Source: Candidatus Binatia bacterium (GTDB lineage: Bacteria; Desulfobacterota; Binatia; Bin18). From it: a stretch of DNA of 64,000 nt. This document shows, piece by piece, positions 39,664-50,144 of this stretch. Numbering within the stretch: position 1 is the stretch's first letter; each line of letters begins with the position of its first letter. The position numbers and the translations under genes were made by a program. A model generated the notes under the pieces. That model had not been told where the DNA came from. It made no database searches and saw only the letters and a list, made by a program, of their open reading frames with translations. The stretch lies in the NCBI GenBank assembly GCA_963664395.2, contig OY761159.2, forward strand, positions 1,184,001 through 1,248,000, given 5' to 3'.

Positions 39664-42015
39664 TCAACCAGCGTGAGCCATTGCTTCGACAGCCAGCTCG
39701 GTATTCTCCCGCTCGGGGCCGTCGGGGTCAATACGCACCTGATAGTCACACTCTTCGCGCACACACCGTCGGGTGGTCCCGGCCCGTTTGGTTGTCTTCT
39801 CGACCACAAACGGAGCCTGACAGTCCGGACAGGGGTCGGGGATAGGTCGGTCCCATAAGGCATATTTACAGTCGGGATAGCGCCCGCAACTGTAAAAGAC
39901 TTTGCCGCGGCGTGAGTATTTTTGCTGGAGTTCACCCGCATTACATTCGGGACATTTCACTCCGAGTGATTTGGATGCCGGCTGGCCTATCTTTTTGATG
40001 GTTTTACATTCCGGATAGCCCGAGCAACCGAGAAACTTACCATACCGCCCGTGGCGAATCTGCATGGGCCGCCCGCATTTTTCACACGTTTCATCGGTCA
40101 GAACGGATTCCTTTTCCTGCACGACAATTTCGCCGGTATCGTCCCGGCTGAAATTCCGCGTGGATTTACACTCCGGATAGTTGGAGCAGGCCAGGAACTC
40201 GCCGTTGCGGCCCCAACGCACGGTCATCTTTCCGTCTTCACACTCCTCGCAGGCAATAGCGGTCGGCACGCCGTCGCCTTTGACATCCCGCATCTCTTTT
40301 TCGGCTCGGGCCAAGTCTAAGGCAAACGGAGTATAAAACCGTTCAATCGCGTGCCGCCAATCTTCCCGTCCCTCTTCGATCTGGTCCAGCACGGCTTCCA
40401 TGCCGGCCGTGAATTCCGCATTCAAAATGTCGGGAAACGACCCGACCAATAAGTCGGTAATCAACATGCCCAGGTCGGTCGGGTGGAGGCGGCGCTGCTC
40501 GTCTTCGACCACATATTCTTTGTTCAGAATTGTGCCCATGATCGAAGCATAGGTGGACGGCCGACCGATGCTCTTGTCTTCCAACTCCTTAATGAGCGTC
40601 GCTTGGGTGAAGCGCGGCGGTGGCTGGGTAAAGTGCTGGTTGGGAATCAGTTTGCGCAGGGTGAGCGGTTCCCCTTCGGTGAGCGCCGGCAAGCGTTTTT
40701 CCGTATCGTCGTCCTCGCCTGTCTTGTCGTCTTTCCCTTCGGTATAGACGCGCAGGAAGCCGTCAAAACGAAGTACTTGGCCGGTTGCCCGGAAGATGCA
40801 CTCATGCGCCGCAATATCCACGCTGGTCTGTTCAAACTGCGCCGGCGCCATTTGGCTGGCCAGAAACCGATTCCAGATCAGGGTGTAGAGGCTCAACTCT
40901 TCTTTTTTCAAATACCGCGCAACCTGGTGAGGCGGATTTTCGAGTGATGTCGGCCGAATGGCCTCATGGGCTTCCTGGGCGGCTTTGCCCGACCGAAACG
41001 AAGGCGGCCGTGCCGGGACATACTCCTTACCATAGGTTGCGGCAATATGGCTCCGCGCAGCGGTCGTCATCTCTGGCGAAATCCGCGGGGAGTCGGTCCG
41101 CATATAGGTAATCAGACCGACTGCGCCTTCGTCTCCAAGTTCCACGCCGGCGTACAGGCGCTGGGCAATACCCATGGTGCGCGACGGCGAATAGCCCAGC
41201 TTGCGCGAGGCTTCCTGTTGCAGGCGCGAGGTAATGAACGGCGGGGCAGGATTGCGCTTGCGGTCTTTTTTCTCAATTTTTTGGATGGTCCACTGTGCGC
41301 CGTCCAAATCTGAGACAATTGCGGCCGCTTCCGCTTCGTTGCCGATCCGAAATTTCTTATTATCGACCTTGCGGTCACCCACCTTGAAGAGATTGGCCTC
41401 AAACGCGGGGGGGAGCGCGCCTTCAAGCGTAGCCGTAATAGACCAATACTCGACCGGCTCGAAGGCGCGAATCGTACGCTCACGCTCAGTGATGATACGG
41501 ACGGCCACGGACTGGACCCGACCGGCAGACAAGCCTCGACGGACTTTTTTCCAGAGCAACGGGCTAATCTGATAGCCGACTAAACGATCCAACACACGGC
41601 GGGCGATTTGGGCATCGTAGCGCTCCCGGTTTAACTCGGACGGGTTTTTGATCGCGTCTTGGACCGCTTTTTTGGTGATCTCATTGAGGAGGATGCGTTG
41701 GACGTTTTTGCCATCCCTGCCGAGTTTTTCCGCAATATGCCAGGCAATGGCCTCGCCTTCCCGGTCCGGGTCAGAGGCCAGAAATATCCGCTCTTTGCCT
41801 TTGGCAGCCTTTTTCAGGTCAGCAACAACTTTGGCCTTCCCCTGAATCACTTGGTATTCAGCAGTAAAATCATTCTCAATATCAACCCCGAGCTTGCTTT
41901 TGGGCAAATCCATGATGTGCCCAACCGAGGCTTTGACCTGATAGCCGGGACCGAGATATTTTCCAATCGTCCGGGCTTTGGCCGGCGATTCGACAATGAC
42001 GAGGTTTTTCGCCAT
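39664..42015 (-). CDS. topA: DNA topoisomerase I
   Basis: LVIVESPAKA, DPDREGEAI, SAGRVQS, ITYMRTD (catalytic Tyr), C-terminal zinc ribbons. Confidence 0.98.
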   Translation of the reverse strand: MAKNLVIVESPAKARTIGKYLGPGYQVKASVGHIMDLPKSKLGVDIENDFTAEYQVIQGKAKVVADLKKAAKGKERIFLASDPDREGEAIAWHIAEKLGRDGKNVQRILLNEITKKAVQDAIKNPSELNRERYDAQIARRVLDRLVGYQISPLLWKKVRRGLSAGRVQSVAVRIITERERTIRAFEPVEYWSITATLEGALPPAFEANLFKVGDRKVDNKKFRIGNEAEAAAIVSDLDGAQWTIQKIEKKDRKRNPAPPFITSRLQQEASRKLGYSPSRTMGIAQRLYAGVELGDEGAVGLITYMRTDSPRISPEMTTAARSHIAATYGKEYVPARPPSFRSGKAAQEAHEAIRPTSLENPPHQVARYLKKEELSLYTLIWNRFLASQMAPAQFEQTSVDIAAHECIFRATGQVLRFDGFLRVYTEGKDDKTGEDDDTEKRLPALTEGEPLTLRKLIPNQHFTQPPPRFTQATLIKELEDKSIGRPSTYASIMGTILNKEYVVEDEQRRLHPTDLGMLITDLLVGSFPDILNAEFTAGMEAVLDQIEEGREDWRHAIERFYTPFALDLARAEKEMRDVKGDGVPTAIACEECEDGKMTVRWGRNGEFLACSNYPECKSTRNFSRDDTGEIVVQEKESVLTDETCEKCGRPMQIRHGRYGKFLGCSGYPECKTIKKIGQPASKSLGVKCPECNAGELQQKYSRRGKVFYSCGRYPDCKYALWDRPIPDPCPDCQAPFVVEKTTKRAGTTRRCVREECDYQVRIDPDGPERENTELAVEAMAHAG

Positions 42016-42017
42016 GC

Positions 42018-43160
42018 TTACATTCCTCTTCTCTCCTGCCCTCTGGTAGAGGTGAAATACATCCCGGGCAGTTGGGCCACTACTCCTTTTAATTCCAATC
42101 CAAGCAGGACTTCAAGAACCCGTGCGGCCTCAAGTCCGCTCCCGGTGATGAGGGTATCCACATGCACGGCCTCTTCTGCAAACAATTGAAACAGCATATC
42201 TTCGTCCGGCTCTAATGGAACGACGGGGACGATTGTGTCAGGTTTCTCGGTTCGGTCCGTCAGGGCCGGGGCTATCTCACTCAGTATATCATCAATGCTT
42301 TCCACAAGTTTTGCACCATCCTTAATCAGACGGTGCGGCCCTCGGCTTCGACTCGCCGTGACCGGGCCGGGCACGGCAAACACCTCACGATTCTGGTCAA
42401 GCGCACATTGGGCCGTAATGAGTGACCCGCTCTTTTCGGTTGCTTCCACCACAACAGTGCCCAGACTGATACCACTGATGACCCGGTTTCGATATGGGAA
42501 GTTGCCCGCTTCAGGTGGGCTGCCAAAGGAAAATTCCGATACCACCGCTCCACTCGCCGCAATACGCTCTGCCAAAGCTATATGCTCACGCGGGTATACT
42601 ACGTCAAGCCCCGAGCCTAAAACGGCAATCGTTCTGCCGCCGGCTTCAAGGCTGGCTTGATGGGCTTCAGAATCGATACCGCGGGCCAGACCGCTCACTA
42701 CGCAGACCCCACACCCGGCCAGCTCCCGGGCCAATTCGCGTGCCACCCCACGTCCGTACGCACTCGCAGTCCGAGCCCCGACTACGGCAATGGCCAGGTT
42801 ATCTTGGGGCGCGAAATACCCCCGAATATAGAGGAAAGGCGGGGGATCATGAATCTGTTTGAGGCGTTGCGGATACTCGACATCCGTCTGAGTGACCAAA
42901 CGGACGTTCATCCGTGTCAGTTGCTCCAGCTCGGCCTCAACTTCTCCCCAGCGATCAAACGCTTTAATCTCCTGCGCAATGCGGGCGCTGATACCAGCCT
43001 TGGTGAGCATGGCCAGCGGCGTCCGTAAAATCTCGTGCGGAGACGCAAAACGATCCAGCAATTGCCGGTAGGTCACGTTTCCAACCCCGCGTACCAGACG
43101 CAGGGCTATCCAGTCGCCCCAGTCGGCCCGAGCCGCACTATGGTTCGCTCCGTGTTCCAT
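42018..43160 (-). CDS. dprA: DNA-processing protein DprA
   Basis: VVSGLARGID..AH, FP.RNR.ISG, SGSLITA..A..Q.REVFAVPG; adjacent to topA. Confidence 0.96.
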   Translation of the reverse strand: MEHGANHSAARADWGDWIALRLVRGVGNVTYRQLLDRFASPHEILRTPLAMLTKAGISARIAQEIKAFDRWGEVEAELEQLTRMNVRLVTQTDVEYPQRLKQIHDPPPFLYIRGYFAPQDNLAIAVVGARTASAYGRGVARELARELAGCGVCVVSGLARGIDSEAHQASLEAGGRTIAVLGSGLDVVYPREHIALAERIAASGAVVSEFSFGSPPEAGNFPYRNRVISGISLGTVVVEATEKSGSLITAQCALDQNREVFAVPGPVTASRSRGPHRLIKDGAKLVESIDDILSEIAPALTDRTEKPDTIVPVVPLEPDEDMLFQLFAEEAVHVDTLITGSGLEAARVLEVLLGLELKGVVAQLPGMYFTSTRGQERRGM

Positions 43161-43335
43161 CCCTTTTCGACCTCACCACGCGGTATGCCACTCCCCTGTA
43201 CGGCTGCTCTTCGTTCGCTACAATCTTCTGGTATCCTGAGTATACTGGGTGGTAGGTTATTTTCAAAAATCATGGCACAAGTCAAAGGAAGTGGCGAACA
43301 AAAAACCCCCAACCCCTACCTAATCCCTAAATCTT

Positions 43336-45054
43336 ATGCCAACAGTACAGCAGTTCTTAGAAGAAAAGACGACGCGGGCCATTCAGACCGCCATCGGGAC
43401 GACCGCCCCGGCGATTATCAAACCCGCGGCAAACCCGAAATTCGGTGACTACCAGGCAAACGGAATCATGGCAGTCGCCAAGGCCCACAAACACAATCCG
43501 CGCCAATTGGCGGAAGCCGTTGTTGCCCAGCTCAACCCGGATGAGATTCCCGCAACGTGGGAGATTGCCGGACCAGGCTTTATCAATTTCCATCTTGACC
43601 CAAACTGGCTGGGACAGACCCTGCTCGCCACCGCCCGGGACGAGCATCTGAGCGTTGATCCTGCCGCCAATCCAGAAACCATCGTCATCGATTTCAGTGC
43701 CCCAAACGTGGCTAAATCCATGCACGTTGGCCATATTCGTTCAACTATCTTAGGCGACGCGCTCACCCGCATCCTGCGTTTTCTCGGGCACACGGTAGAG
43801 ACGGACAATCATCTGGGCGATTGGGGGACGCAGTTTGGCATGTTGATTGTGGGCTATCGCTCTTTTCTTGATAAGACGGCGTATGAGCAGGACCCCCTGG
43901 CCGAGATGGAACGCCTGTATAAAGAAGTACAAGCCAGGGCCACAACGGATTCGGCGATAGCAGATCGGGCGCGAGAAGAACTCGCCAAACTTCAGCAGGG
44001 AGATGCAGCAAATACGGCCTTGTGGAACGAATTTATGCAGGTTTCACGCCAGGCGTTCGAGCGCATCTATACGCGCCTGAATGTGAAATTCGACCACTGG
44101 CTCGGAGAGAGCTTTTACAATTCGATGCTCGCCGGTGTCGTTCAGGAACTGCGCGCTAAGAACCTGGCCCGTCCGAGCGAAGGGGCCATCTGTATTTTCT
44201 ACGATGAGGATACTGACCTGGCCGGGACCCCTTTCCTGATTCAAAAACAAGACGGCGCCTTCCTGTATGCCACAACTGATTTGGCAACGATTAAATACCG
44301 GGCTGAAACCTTTCAGCCGAATCGGATCGTCTATGTGACGGACAGTCGTCAGCAGCTCCATTTTCGGCAACTCTTTGCCGCGGCCCAAAGCTGGGGACAG
44401 GCTATGGCGCTGGAGCATGTCTGGTTTGGAACCATCCTGGGCGCAGACGGCAAACCGATCAAAACCCGTGAAGGCCAGCCCATAAAACTCGCCGCCCTGC
44501 TGGATGAAGCAGAGGAACGGGCACGAGCAATTGTCCGGGAAAAAAATCCGAGCCTGCCCGCCGCACAGCAGGCCCATATAGCCCGAGTCGTCGGCATTGG
44601 TGCGGTCAAATATGCCGACCTGATGCAAAACCGCACCGCGGATTACCGCTTTAGTTGGGATAAGCTGCTGGCCTTGGACGGCAATACCGCGCCGTATCTG
44701 CAATATGCCTATGCGCGGATTCGTTCGATTTTCAGGAAAGGCGGCTTCACCGACTGGCAGCCGGCTCCGCACATGCATGTCCGACTGCTGGCACCGGAAG
44801 AGCAAGCCCTGGCCAAACACATGCTCCGCTTTGGCGACGTGTTGCTCGAAGTTGAGCGCTCATATAAGCCCAACCTCTTAGCCAGCTTCCTGTATGAACT
44901 GGCCACGCACTTTAACCTCTTCTACCAGACGCATTCCGTTCTCAAGGCCCCGCAGGACCGGCAACCAACGCGGCTCTTATTATGCGCCCTCACGGCCCGG
45001 TATTTGAAAACGGGCTTGGACTTGCTCGGTATTGAGACCTTGGAGACCATGTAG
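43336..45054 (+). CDS. argS: Arginine--tRNA ligase
   Basis: FGDYQAN, AGPGFIN, PNVAKSMHVGH.RST, GDWGTQFG, GNTAPYLQYAYAR. Confidence 0.98.
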   Translation: MPTVQQFLEEKTTRAIQTAIGTTAPAIIKPAANPKFGDYQANGIMAVAKAHKHNPRQLAEAVVAQLNPDEIPATWEIAGPGFINFHLDPNWLGQTLLATARDEHLSVDPAANPETIVIDFSAPNVAKSMHVGHIRSTILGDALTRILRFLGHTVETDNHLGDWGTQFGMLIVGYRSFLDKTAYEQDPLAEMERLYKEVQARATTDSAIADRAREELAKLQQGDAANTALWNEFMQVSRQAFERIYTRLNVKFDHWLGESFYNSMLAGVVQELRAKNLARPSEGAICIFYDEDTDLAGTPFLIQKQDGAFLYATTDLATIKYRAETFQPNRIVYVTDSRQQLHFRQLFAAAQSWGQAMALEHVWFGTILGADGKPIKTREGQPIKLAALLDEAEERARAIVREKNPSLPAAQQAHIARVVGIGAVKYADLMQNRTADYRFSWDKLLALDGNTAPYLQYAYARIRSIFRKGGFTDWQPAPHMHVRLLAPEEQALAKHMLRFGDVLLEVERSYKPNLLASFLYELATHFNLFYQTHSVLKAPQDRQPTRLLLCALTARYLKTGLDLLGIETLETM

Positions 45055-45086
45055 AAACAAAAAATGCAGAAACGGAGGCAGGGAGC

Positions 45087-45911
45087 ATGGCTGAAACACG
45101 ACGGACAGATGGACCGGTTTCGATTACGTACGATATTGAAGGCAGTGGGTCTGTCGTTGTTTTCTTGCACGGCATCGGCGGCAATCGACTGAATTGGACG
45201 GGTCAACTGGCCCATTTTGGGAGGCGTTTTTGCGCGCTGGCCTGGGACGCGCGGGGCTATCTCGACAGTGACGACTCTCCCCAGACGCTACAGTTCAGCA
45301 ATTTTGCCGATGACCTGTGCCGTCTCCTGGACCGGCTCAAAGCCGACCAGGCCCACCTGGTTGGCCTGTCGATGGGCGGCATGATTATCCAGGACTTCTA
45401 TGGTCGGTATGCCGACCGGGTCGCCAGCCTCTCCCTGGTTGATACCTCGTCCGGTTTCGGCGGGGTTCCTGAGGCAGTCCGGCAGGACTTTCTCGCCCGG
45501 CGTCTTGAACCGCTGGAAAAAGGCTTAACCCCGGCAGATATTGCGCCTGAGGTGGTCAAGGTCCTGGTTGCCGAGAGCGCGGGGCAAGCCGTGCGCGAGC
45601 GGTTGATCGCCTCCATGTCGGCTCTGCGCACTGAGGCGTATAAACAGGCCCTGCACGCCATTGTGACAACCGATTTCCGTGAGGTCCTACCCCAGATTGC
45701 GGTGCCGACCCTGGTTATTGTCGGGGCAGAAGATCAGGTCACCCCGCCTTCGGCTTCGGAATTTCTGGTGAAACAGATTCCCGGCGCCGCGCTGGTGACC
45801 ATTCCCGACTGCGGGCATCTGTCGAATCTCGAAAAGCCCGACCTGTTTAATGCGGCCTTAGGCAAATTCCTGGACGAGCACGCCAGACGGGCGTCGAGCG
45901 TTGCCGACTAG
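45087..45911 (+). CDS. Alpha/beta hydrolase (enol-lactonase-like)
   Basis: LHGIGG, DARGY, GLSMGG, GAED, GHLSNLE.P. Confidence 0.9.
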   Translation: MAETRRTDGPVSITYDIEGSGSVVVFLHGIGGNRLNWTGQLAHFGRRFCALAWDARGYLDSDDSPQTLQFSNFADDLCRLLDRLKADQAHLVGLSMGGMIIQDFYGRYADRVASLSLVDTSSGFGGVPEAVRQDFLARRLEPLEKGLTPADIAPEVVKVLVAESAGQAVRERLIASMSALRTEAYKQALHAIVTTDFREVLPQIAVPTLVIVGAEDQVTPPSASEFLVKQIPGAALVTIPDCGHLSNLEKPDLFNAALGKFLDEHARRASSVAD

Positions 45912-45938
45912 TGCAAATGACGCTGCTGTAGAGCCGCC

Positions 45939-46009
45939 CGTCATTCCTGTGGAAGCAGGAATCCAGGCCCCCGCCGCCCGCTGGATGCCGGATCACGTCC
46001 GGCATGACG
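45939..46009. repeat. REP/RPE-like palindromic element (GTCATTCC...GGAATCCAG type)
   Basis: CGTCATTCCTGTGGAAGCAGGAATCCAG...CTGGATGCCGGATCACGTCCGGCATGACG between convergent genes. Confidence 0.75.
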
Positions 46010-46076
46010 AGAGCCCCCTGCACGGCGAGAGCTGGGCGTGAGACGCGCTAGGGGCAACGGCCGCTGGTTCGTCTCT

Positions 46077-48146
46077 TTACCACGATCGGCTGCGGCGCGA
46101 ACGCCAGCCGTCTTCTTCGTCCTCTTCTTCAATGGGAAAAACTGGGTTCAAGATGCGGTGGGGAATGTCTTCCAGAAAACGCGACGGCTTACTGAGCACC
46201 ATGCCGGTGGCGCGATCAAAGATATCATTGATGGGGTACGAAATAAACAGGTTTTCTTTGGCGCGAGTGGCGGCGACATACATCAGCCGCCGCTCTTCTT
46301 CGAGTTCGTCCTCATTTATCTCGCCATCTTCTTTGTAGCGTGGGGTCGGGAAGCGACCATCGACCGCCCAGATGATAAACACCGAGTGCCATTCCAGCCC
46401 TTTTGCCGAGTGAATGGTCGACAGGATCAGCACTCCTTTTTCATCCCGGTCGGTTGCCGGTACATTTCCCACGCTGCTGTTGGGTGGCTCCAGGGCCATG
46501 GCCGATAGCAGCCGGTCCAAACTGCGGTAACGTTCGGTAATAATTGAAAACTGCTCCAGATCTTTTTGGCGCTTGGAATACTCGCGGTCGTCTAGATTAT
46601 TCCGTTTGAGAATCGGCAAATAGTACTGCACGATCAGGTCAACCTGCTCGCGCGGCGATAGGATGGGGTCAGAAACCGACTGGAGCGCGGCGGCCAGTTT
46701 CTGCACCTCAGTCCTGACCGCTCCGCGCCCGGGATACTCAGCTAGGCGTTGCAACGGCTCAGGCCCGCCAAGCATATGGTTGAGAATCTTGTCGCTGCTC
46801 TTGGGCCCGACACCTTCGAGCAGGAGGAGCACCCGGTGCCACGACACCGTGTCCTGCGGATTGGCGAGGACACGTAAATGGGCCAGAATGTCCTTGACAT
46901 GCGCGGTCTCAATAAACTTGAACCCACCCCGCTTCACGAACGGCAGATCGCGGTTGCTCAGTTCGATTTCAAGATCAAACGAATGGAAGCTGGCCCGAAA
47001 GAGCACGGCCATCTCGGTCAGGGGCACCCCTTCTTCGCGCAATTCCAAAATCTTTTGGGCCACAAAGCGTGACTCATGGCGCACGCTGTCGGCTTCAATC
47101 AGCGCCGGCTGAAGGCCGCTGTCCTTTTTGGTGAACAGGTTCTTGGTGTAGCTTTCCTTGGCTTGCAGAATAATTTCGTTCGACAGGTCCAGGATCGGCT
47201 GGGTGCTGCGATAGTTTTCTTCGAGCTTGATGATTTTCGTGTCGGGGAACAAATCCGGAAACTCAAAGATATTGCGGACGGTTGCGCCACGAAAACTATA
47301 GATCGACTGGGCATCATCACCGACCGCCATGACGTTGTCATGCACGTGGGCCAGCAGGCGCACAATTTCGGCCTGGAGCCGGTTCGTATCCTGATACTCA
47401 TCCACCATGATGTAGCGATAGGTACGGGAGAGCCGTTCCGCGACCTCGGGGTGGCTGCGCAGCAATTCCCGTAAATGGGTCAGCAGATCATCATAATCCA
47501 GCAAGCTGCGTTCGTGTTTATACTGCCGGTAATATTCTTCAATCCGGCTGAGGTCGTCGAGTTCGGAAAACAGATACGAAAACTGCGAGTCAAGCACCTC
47601 CGCCACGCTGGTGGTCTTATTGGCCGCCAGGCTGATGATCTTGGCAATCGTCTGTTTCCGTGGGAAGCGGCGAATTTTTTTGTCCAGTCCAAGGCGGGTG
47701 CGGATCAGATTAATCGCATCCTCGGAGTCGGTCCGGTCCAGAATCGTGAAGGCGTTGGCAAATCCGAGCAAGGAGGCATAGCGCCGCAGGACGGTATTGG
47801 CAAAAGAATGAAACGTCCCGCCGGTCACCTTGTCACAGCGTCCGCCCATTAACGCTTCGGCGCGCTGAATCATTTCTTCCGCGGCGCGTCGGGTGAACGT
47901 CAGGAGGAGCAGCGAAGCCGGATCAACGCCTTCTTCAATCATCCGCGCGACCCGAAATATCAGGGTGCGCGTCTTGCCACTGCCGGCTCCGGCCAGTACC
48001 AAAACAGGGCCGTCGCGCGTGGTGGCGGCCTCGTACTGACTGGGGTTCAACTCGTTCTTGTAGTCGATAGAAAATTGCCGCGGCCGGTTGTTCTCCGCAT
48101 CCGACCGCAGCACATATTTCAAGGGCCGATTTTCGTCGTGTTCCAC
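46077..48146 (-). CDS. ATP-dependent DNA helicase, UvrD/PcrA/Rep family
   Basis: AGAGSGKT, TFT..AA, DEYQDTN, GDDAQSIYSFRGA, NYRS, TIHSAKGLEW, EERRLMYVA.TRA; start uncertain (GTG 48146 or TTG 48122). Confidence 0.95.
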   Translation of the reverse strand: MEHDENRPLKYVLRSDAENNRPRQFSIDYKNELNPSQYEAATTRDGPVLVLAGAGSGKTRTLIFRVARMIEEGVDPASLLLLTFTRRAAEEMIQRAEALMGGRCDKVTGGTFHSFANTVLRRYASLLGFANAFTILDRTDSEDAINLIRTRLGLDKKIRRFPRKQTIAKIISLAANKTTSVAEVLDSQFSYLFSELDDLSRIEEYYRQYKHERSLLDYDDLLTHLRELLRSHPEVAERLSRTYRYIMVDEYQDTNRLQAEIVRLLAHVHDNVMAVGDDAQSIYSFRGATVRNIFEFPDLFPDTKIIKLEENYRSTQPILDLSNEIILQAKESYTKNLFTKKDSGLQPALIEADSVRHESRFVAQKILELREEGVPLTEMAVLFRASFHSFDLEIELSNRDLPFVKRGGFKFIETAHVKDILAHLRVLANPQDTVSWHRVLLLLEGVGPKSSDKILNHMLGGPEPLQRLAEYPGRGAVRTEVQKLAAALQSVSDPILSPREQVDLIVQYYLPILKRNNLDDREYSKRQKDLEQFSIITERYRSLDRLLSAMALEPPNSSVGNVPATDRDEKGVLILSTIHSAKGLEWHSVFIIWAVDGRFPTPRYKEDGEINEDELEEERRLMYVAATRAKENLFISYPINDIFDRATGMVLSKPSRFLEDIPHRILNPVFPIEEEDEEDGWRSRRSRSW

Positions 48147-48271
48147 ACCACACCCCGGTGTTTTTTGAAGATAGCCTACCCTAGCGCATCGGAAGACAGG
48201 GAGAAACGGGGAGCCGCATGCTGTACCCCTACACACTGACAACCACGACCCCTTCTGGTATGTAAGAGGCG

Positions 48272-48514
48272 ATGAGTCGCAGGACCGAACACCTGAACCT
48301 GTACGGCGTCAAATGTCCGTTGAATTGGGCCAAGGCCAAGGTTCGACTGGAATATCTCGACCAGGGCGACCAACTCGAACTTGTCATTGACGACCCCAAG
48401 GGCCGGCGTGATATTCCTCGTGCGGCAGAAGCGGAAGGCTATGCCATTGTTGATATTACACAGACGGTTGAAGCGGATGTCCCTCAGCAGTGGCGCATCG
48501 TGATTGAGAAATAA
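48272..48514 (+). CDS. tusA: TusA/SirA family sulfur carrier
   Basis: LNL.G.KCPL..AK....L..GD.L....DDP....DIP. Confidence 0.85.
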   Translation: MSRRTEHLNLYGVKCPLNWAKAKVRLEYLDQGDQLELVIDDPKGRRDIPRAAEAEGYAIVDITQTVEADVPQQWRIVIEK

Positions 48515-48540
48515 TATTGAGAAATAATATTGAGAAATAT
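48503..48540 (+). repeat. 13-bp tandem repeat, 3 copies
   Basis: ATTGAGAAATAAT ATTGAGAAATAAT ATTGAGAAATAT. Confidence 0.9.
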
Positions 48541-48541
48541 C

Positions 48542-48745
48542 ATGGCAGACGAGAGTCCGAAATTCGACCTCCTCAGGCTCGCCAAAGCGGTTTTTCAGCA
48601 TCGGCGGACCAAGCATCCCTACGGCTCAAACTACGCCGTCAGCATCCGTATGGGCCATGCGGATATTCAGGATTTCACGGCCATTGCAGACATCCTGCTG
48701 GCCGTTGAAGAGCTGGGCTACGAGATCAAAAAGAAACCGGAATAG
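48542..48745 (+). CDS. Hypothetical protein (67 aa)
   Basis: Clean ORF with typical codon usage downstream of the tusA-like gene. Confidence 0.65.
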   Translation: MADESPKFDLLRLAKAVFQHRRTKHPYGSNYAVSIRMGHADIQDFTAIADILLAVEELGYEIKKKPE

Positions 48746-48753
48746 GCCTGGGC

Positions 48754-50049
48754 CTACTCAAACACCTGCTCGCCGGTGGCAAACAGCAGCCAGACCACCG
48801 CCCCGAAAACATACAGTCCGGAGGCGATCAAAAAGACCAGGCTCCATGAGCCGGTGGCATCCAGGATGTAGCCGGTCAGAGTGACGCCGATAATACCCGG
48901 AATCGTTCCGGCCGTGTTAGAAAGACCCAGGAGAATTCCGGCATACCGCGGGCCGATATCGAGGTGGTTCACAGCAAATCCGGACAGCGCAAAAGCGCCG
49001 AGTCCGAGCACGCAGCACATATAGATAATGGCCTGGGTTGCCGACGTGACTCCGCCAATGAGAAAGAGGAATAAGGCTGGACTGAAAAAGCCTATGCTCT
49101 GCATCAGCTTGCGCACAAAGGTGACGGACAGACCACGTTGCAGCATGCTATCCGCGAGCCAGCCAGCGACATTGGCCATGACAAACATGACCAGCCAGGG
49201 GAGGATGGTGTACAGCCCGACTTGGTGGATATCAACCCCAAGCGCCTGGTTAAAATACGTCGGCAGCCACGTCAGAATAACGTAGAATCCCCAGTTGGAA
49301 CAAAAATGGTTGATAATGATCGCCCAGACCGCAGTTTTGGACAGCAGGTGTCTCCACGGGATATGGGCGTTGGCTGGAATCGGCGGAACGTTCTCACGGA
49401 TATGGGCGACTTCTGTGGGGGCGATGGTTGGATGGGTTTCCGGCGTGTCGGTGACACGGGAGTACCAGAAGAGATACCAGATAAACCCGAGTCCGCCGAA
49501 CAGGTAAAACACCGTCGGCCAGCCCCAGGACACCACAATGGTCGGGGTCAGCAGCAGGGCAGCGACCGTACCCAGGGAAATACCACTCACATTCAGTGCG
49601 GCTGAGCGGGCCCGCTCCCGGCCCGGTACCCAGCGCGCAAAGAGATTATACATCGCAGGAAAGGCAACGCCTTCCCCCAGCCCCATGCCGACCCGGGCGA
49701 GAAAGAGCACCGTGAGTGAAATCGCCGCCGCGGGTGGCGTGACTAAGGTAAAGAAGGACCACAGCAACACGCCACAGCCAAGAACAATTTTTCCGCCATA
49801 GCGGTCTGCCAGCCAGCCACCGAAAATCTGGGTGGCCAGATAGCCGTAAAAGAATGAAGACAGGACAATCCCTTGGGTGGTTTGGTTCCAGCCATACTCC
49901 TGCGCCATGGGGAGAATGGCGACCGAGATATTGACCCGGTCGATATAACAAATAAACGTGCTGCAAAAGCACAGGCCAACCAGCGTAAAGCGGCGCGGCC
50001 AGTAGGCACGTAGAGCAGCCAGCCCGGACAATGGAACAGGGTCCGTCAT
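48754..50049 (-). CDS. MFS transporter, anion:cation symporter (ACS/SLC17-like) family
   Basis: YIDRVNIS.AI..M, QI.GG.LAD.YGGK, G.GEG..FP, WLP.YF, D..P.YAG...G.SNT. Confidence 0.92.
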   Translation of the reverse strand: MTDPVPLSGLAALRAYWPRRFTLVGLCFCSTFICYIDRVNISVAILPMAQEYGWNQTTQGIVLSSFFYGYLATQIFGGWLADRYGGKIVLGCGVLLWSFFTLVTPPAAAISLTVLFLARVGMGLGEGVAFPAMYNLFARWVPGRERARSAALNVSGISLGTVAALLLTPTIVVSWGWPTVFYLFGGLGFIWYLFWYSRVTDTPETHPTIAPTEVAHIRENVPPIPANAHIPWRHLLSKTAVWAIIINHFCSNWGFYVILTWLPTYFNQALGVDIHQVGLYTILPWLVMFVMANVAGWLADSMLQRGLSVTFVRKLMQSIGFFSPALFLFLIGGVTSATQAIIYMCCVLGLGAFALSGFAVNHLDIGPRYAGILLGLSNTAGTIPGIIGVTLTGYILDATGSWSLVFLIASGLYVFGAVVWLLFATGEQVFE

Positions 50050-50144
50050 ACTCCGGTATTCCCCTTTTTTATCGAGAGCCGGGCTACTGTACCGGATTCT
50101 CCCGCTCTTGCGAACGCATAGGGGAGATGGGCCGAATGGTGGCC

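Noticed and set aside
48503-48540. Possible mini-CRISPR
   Set aside because: The units are 13 bp, directly adjacent with no spacers, and there are no cas genes.
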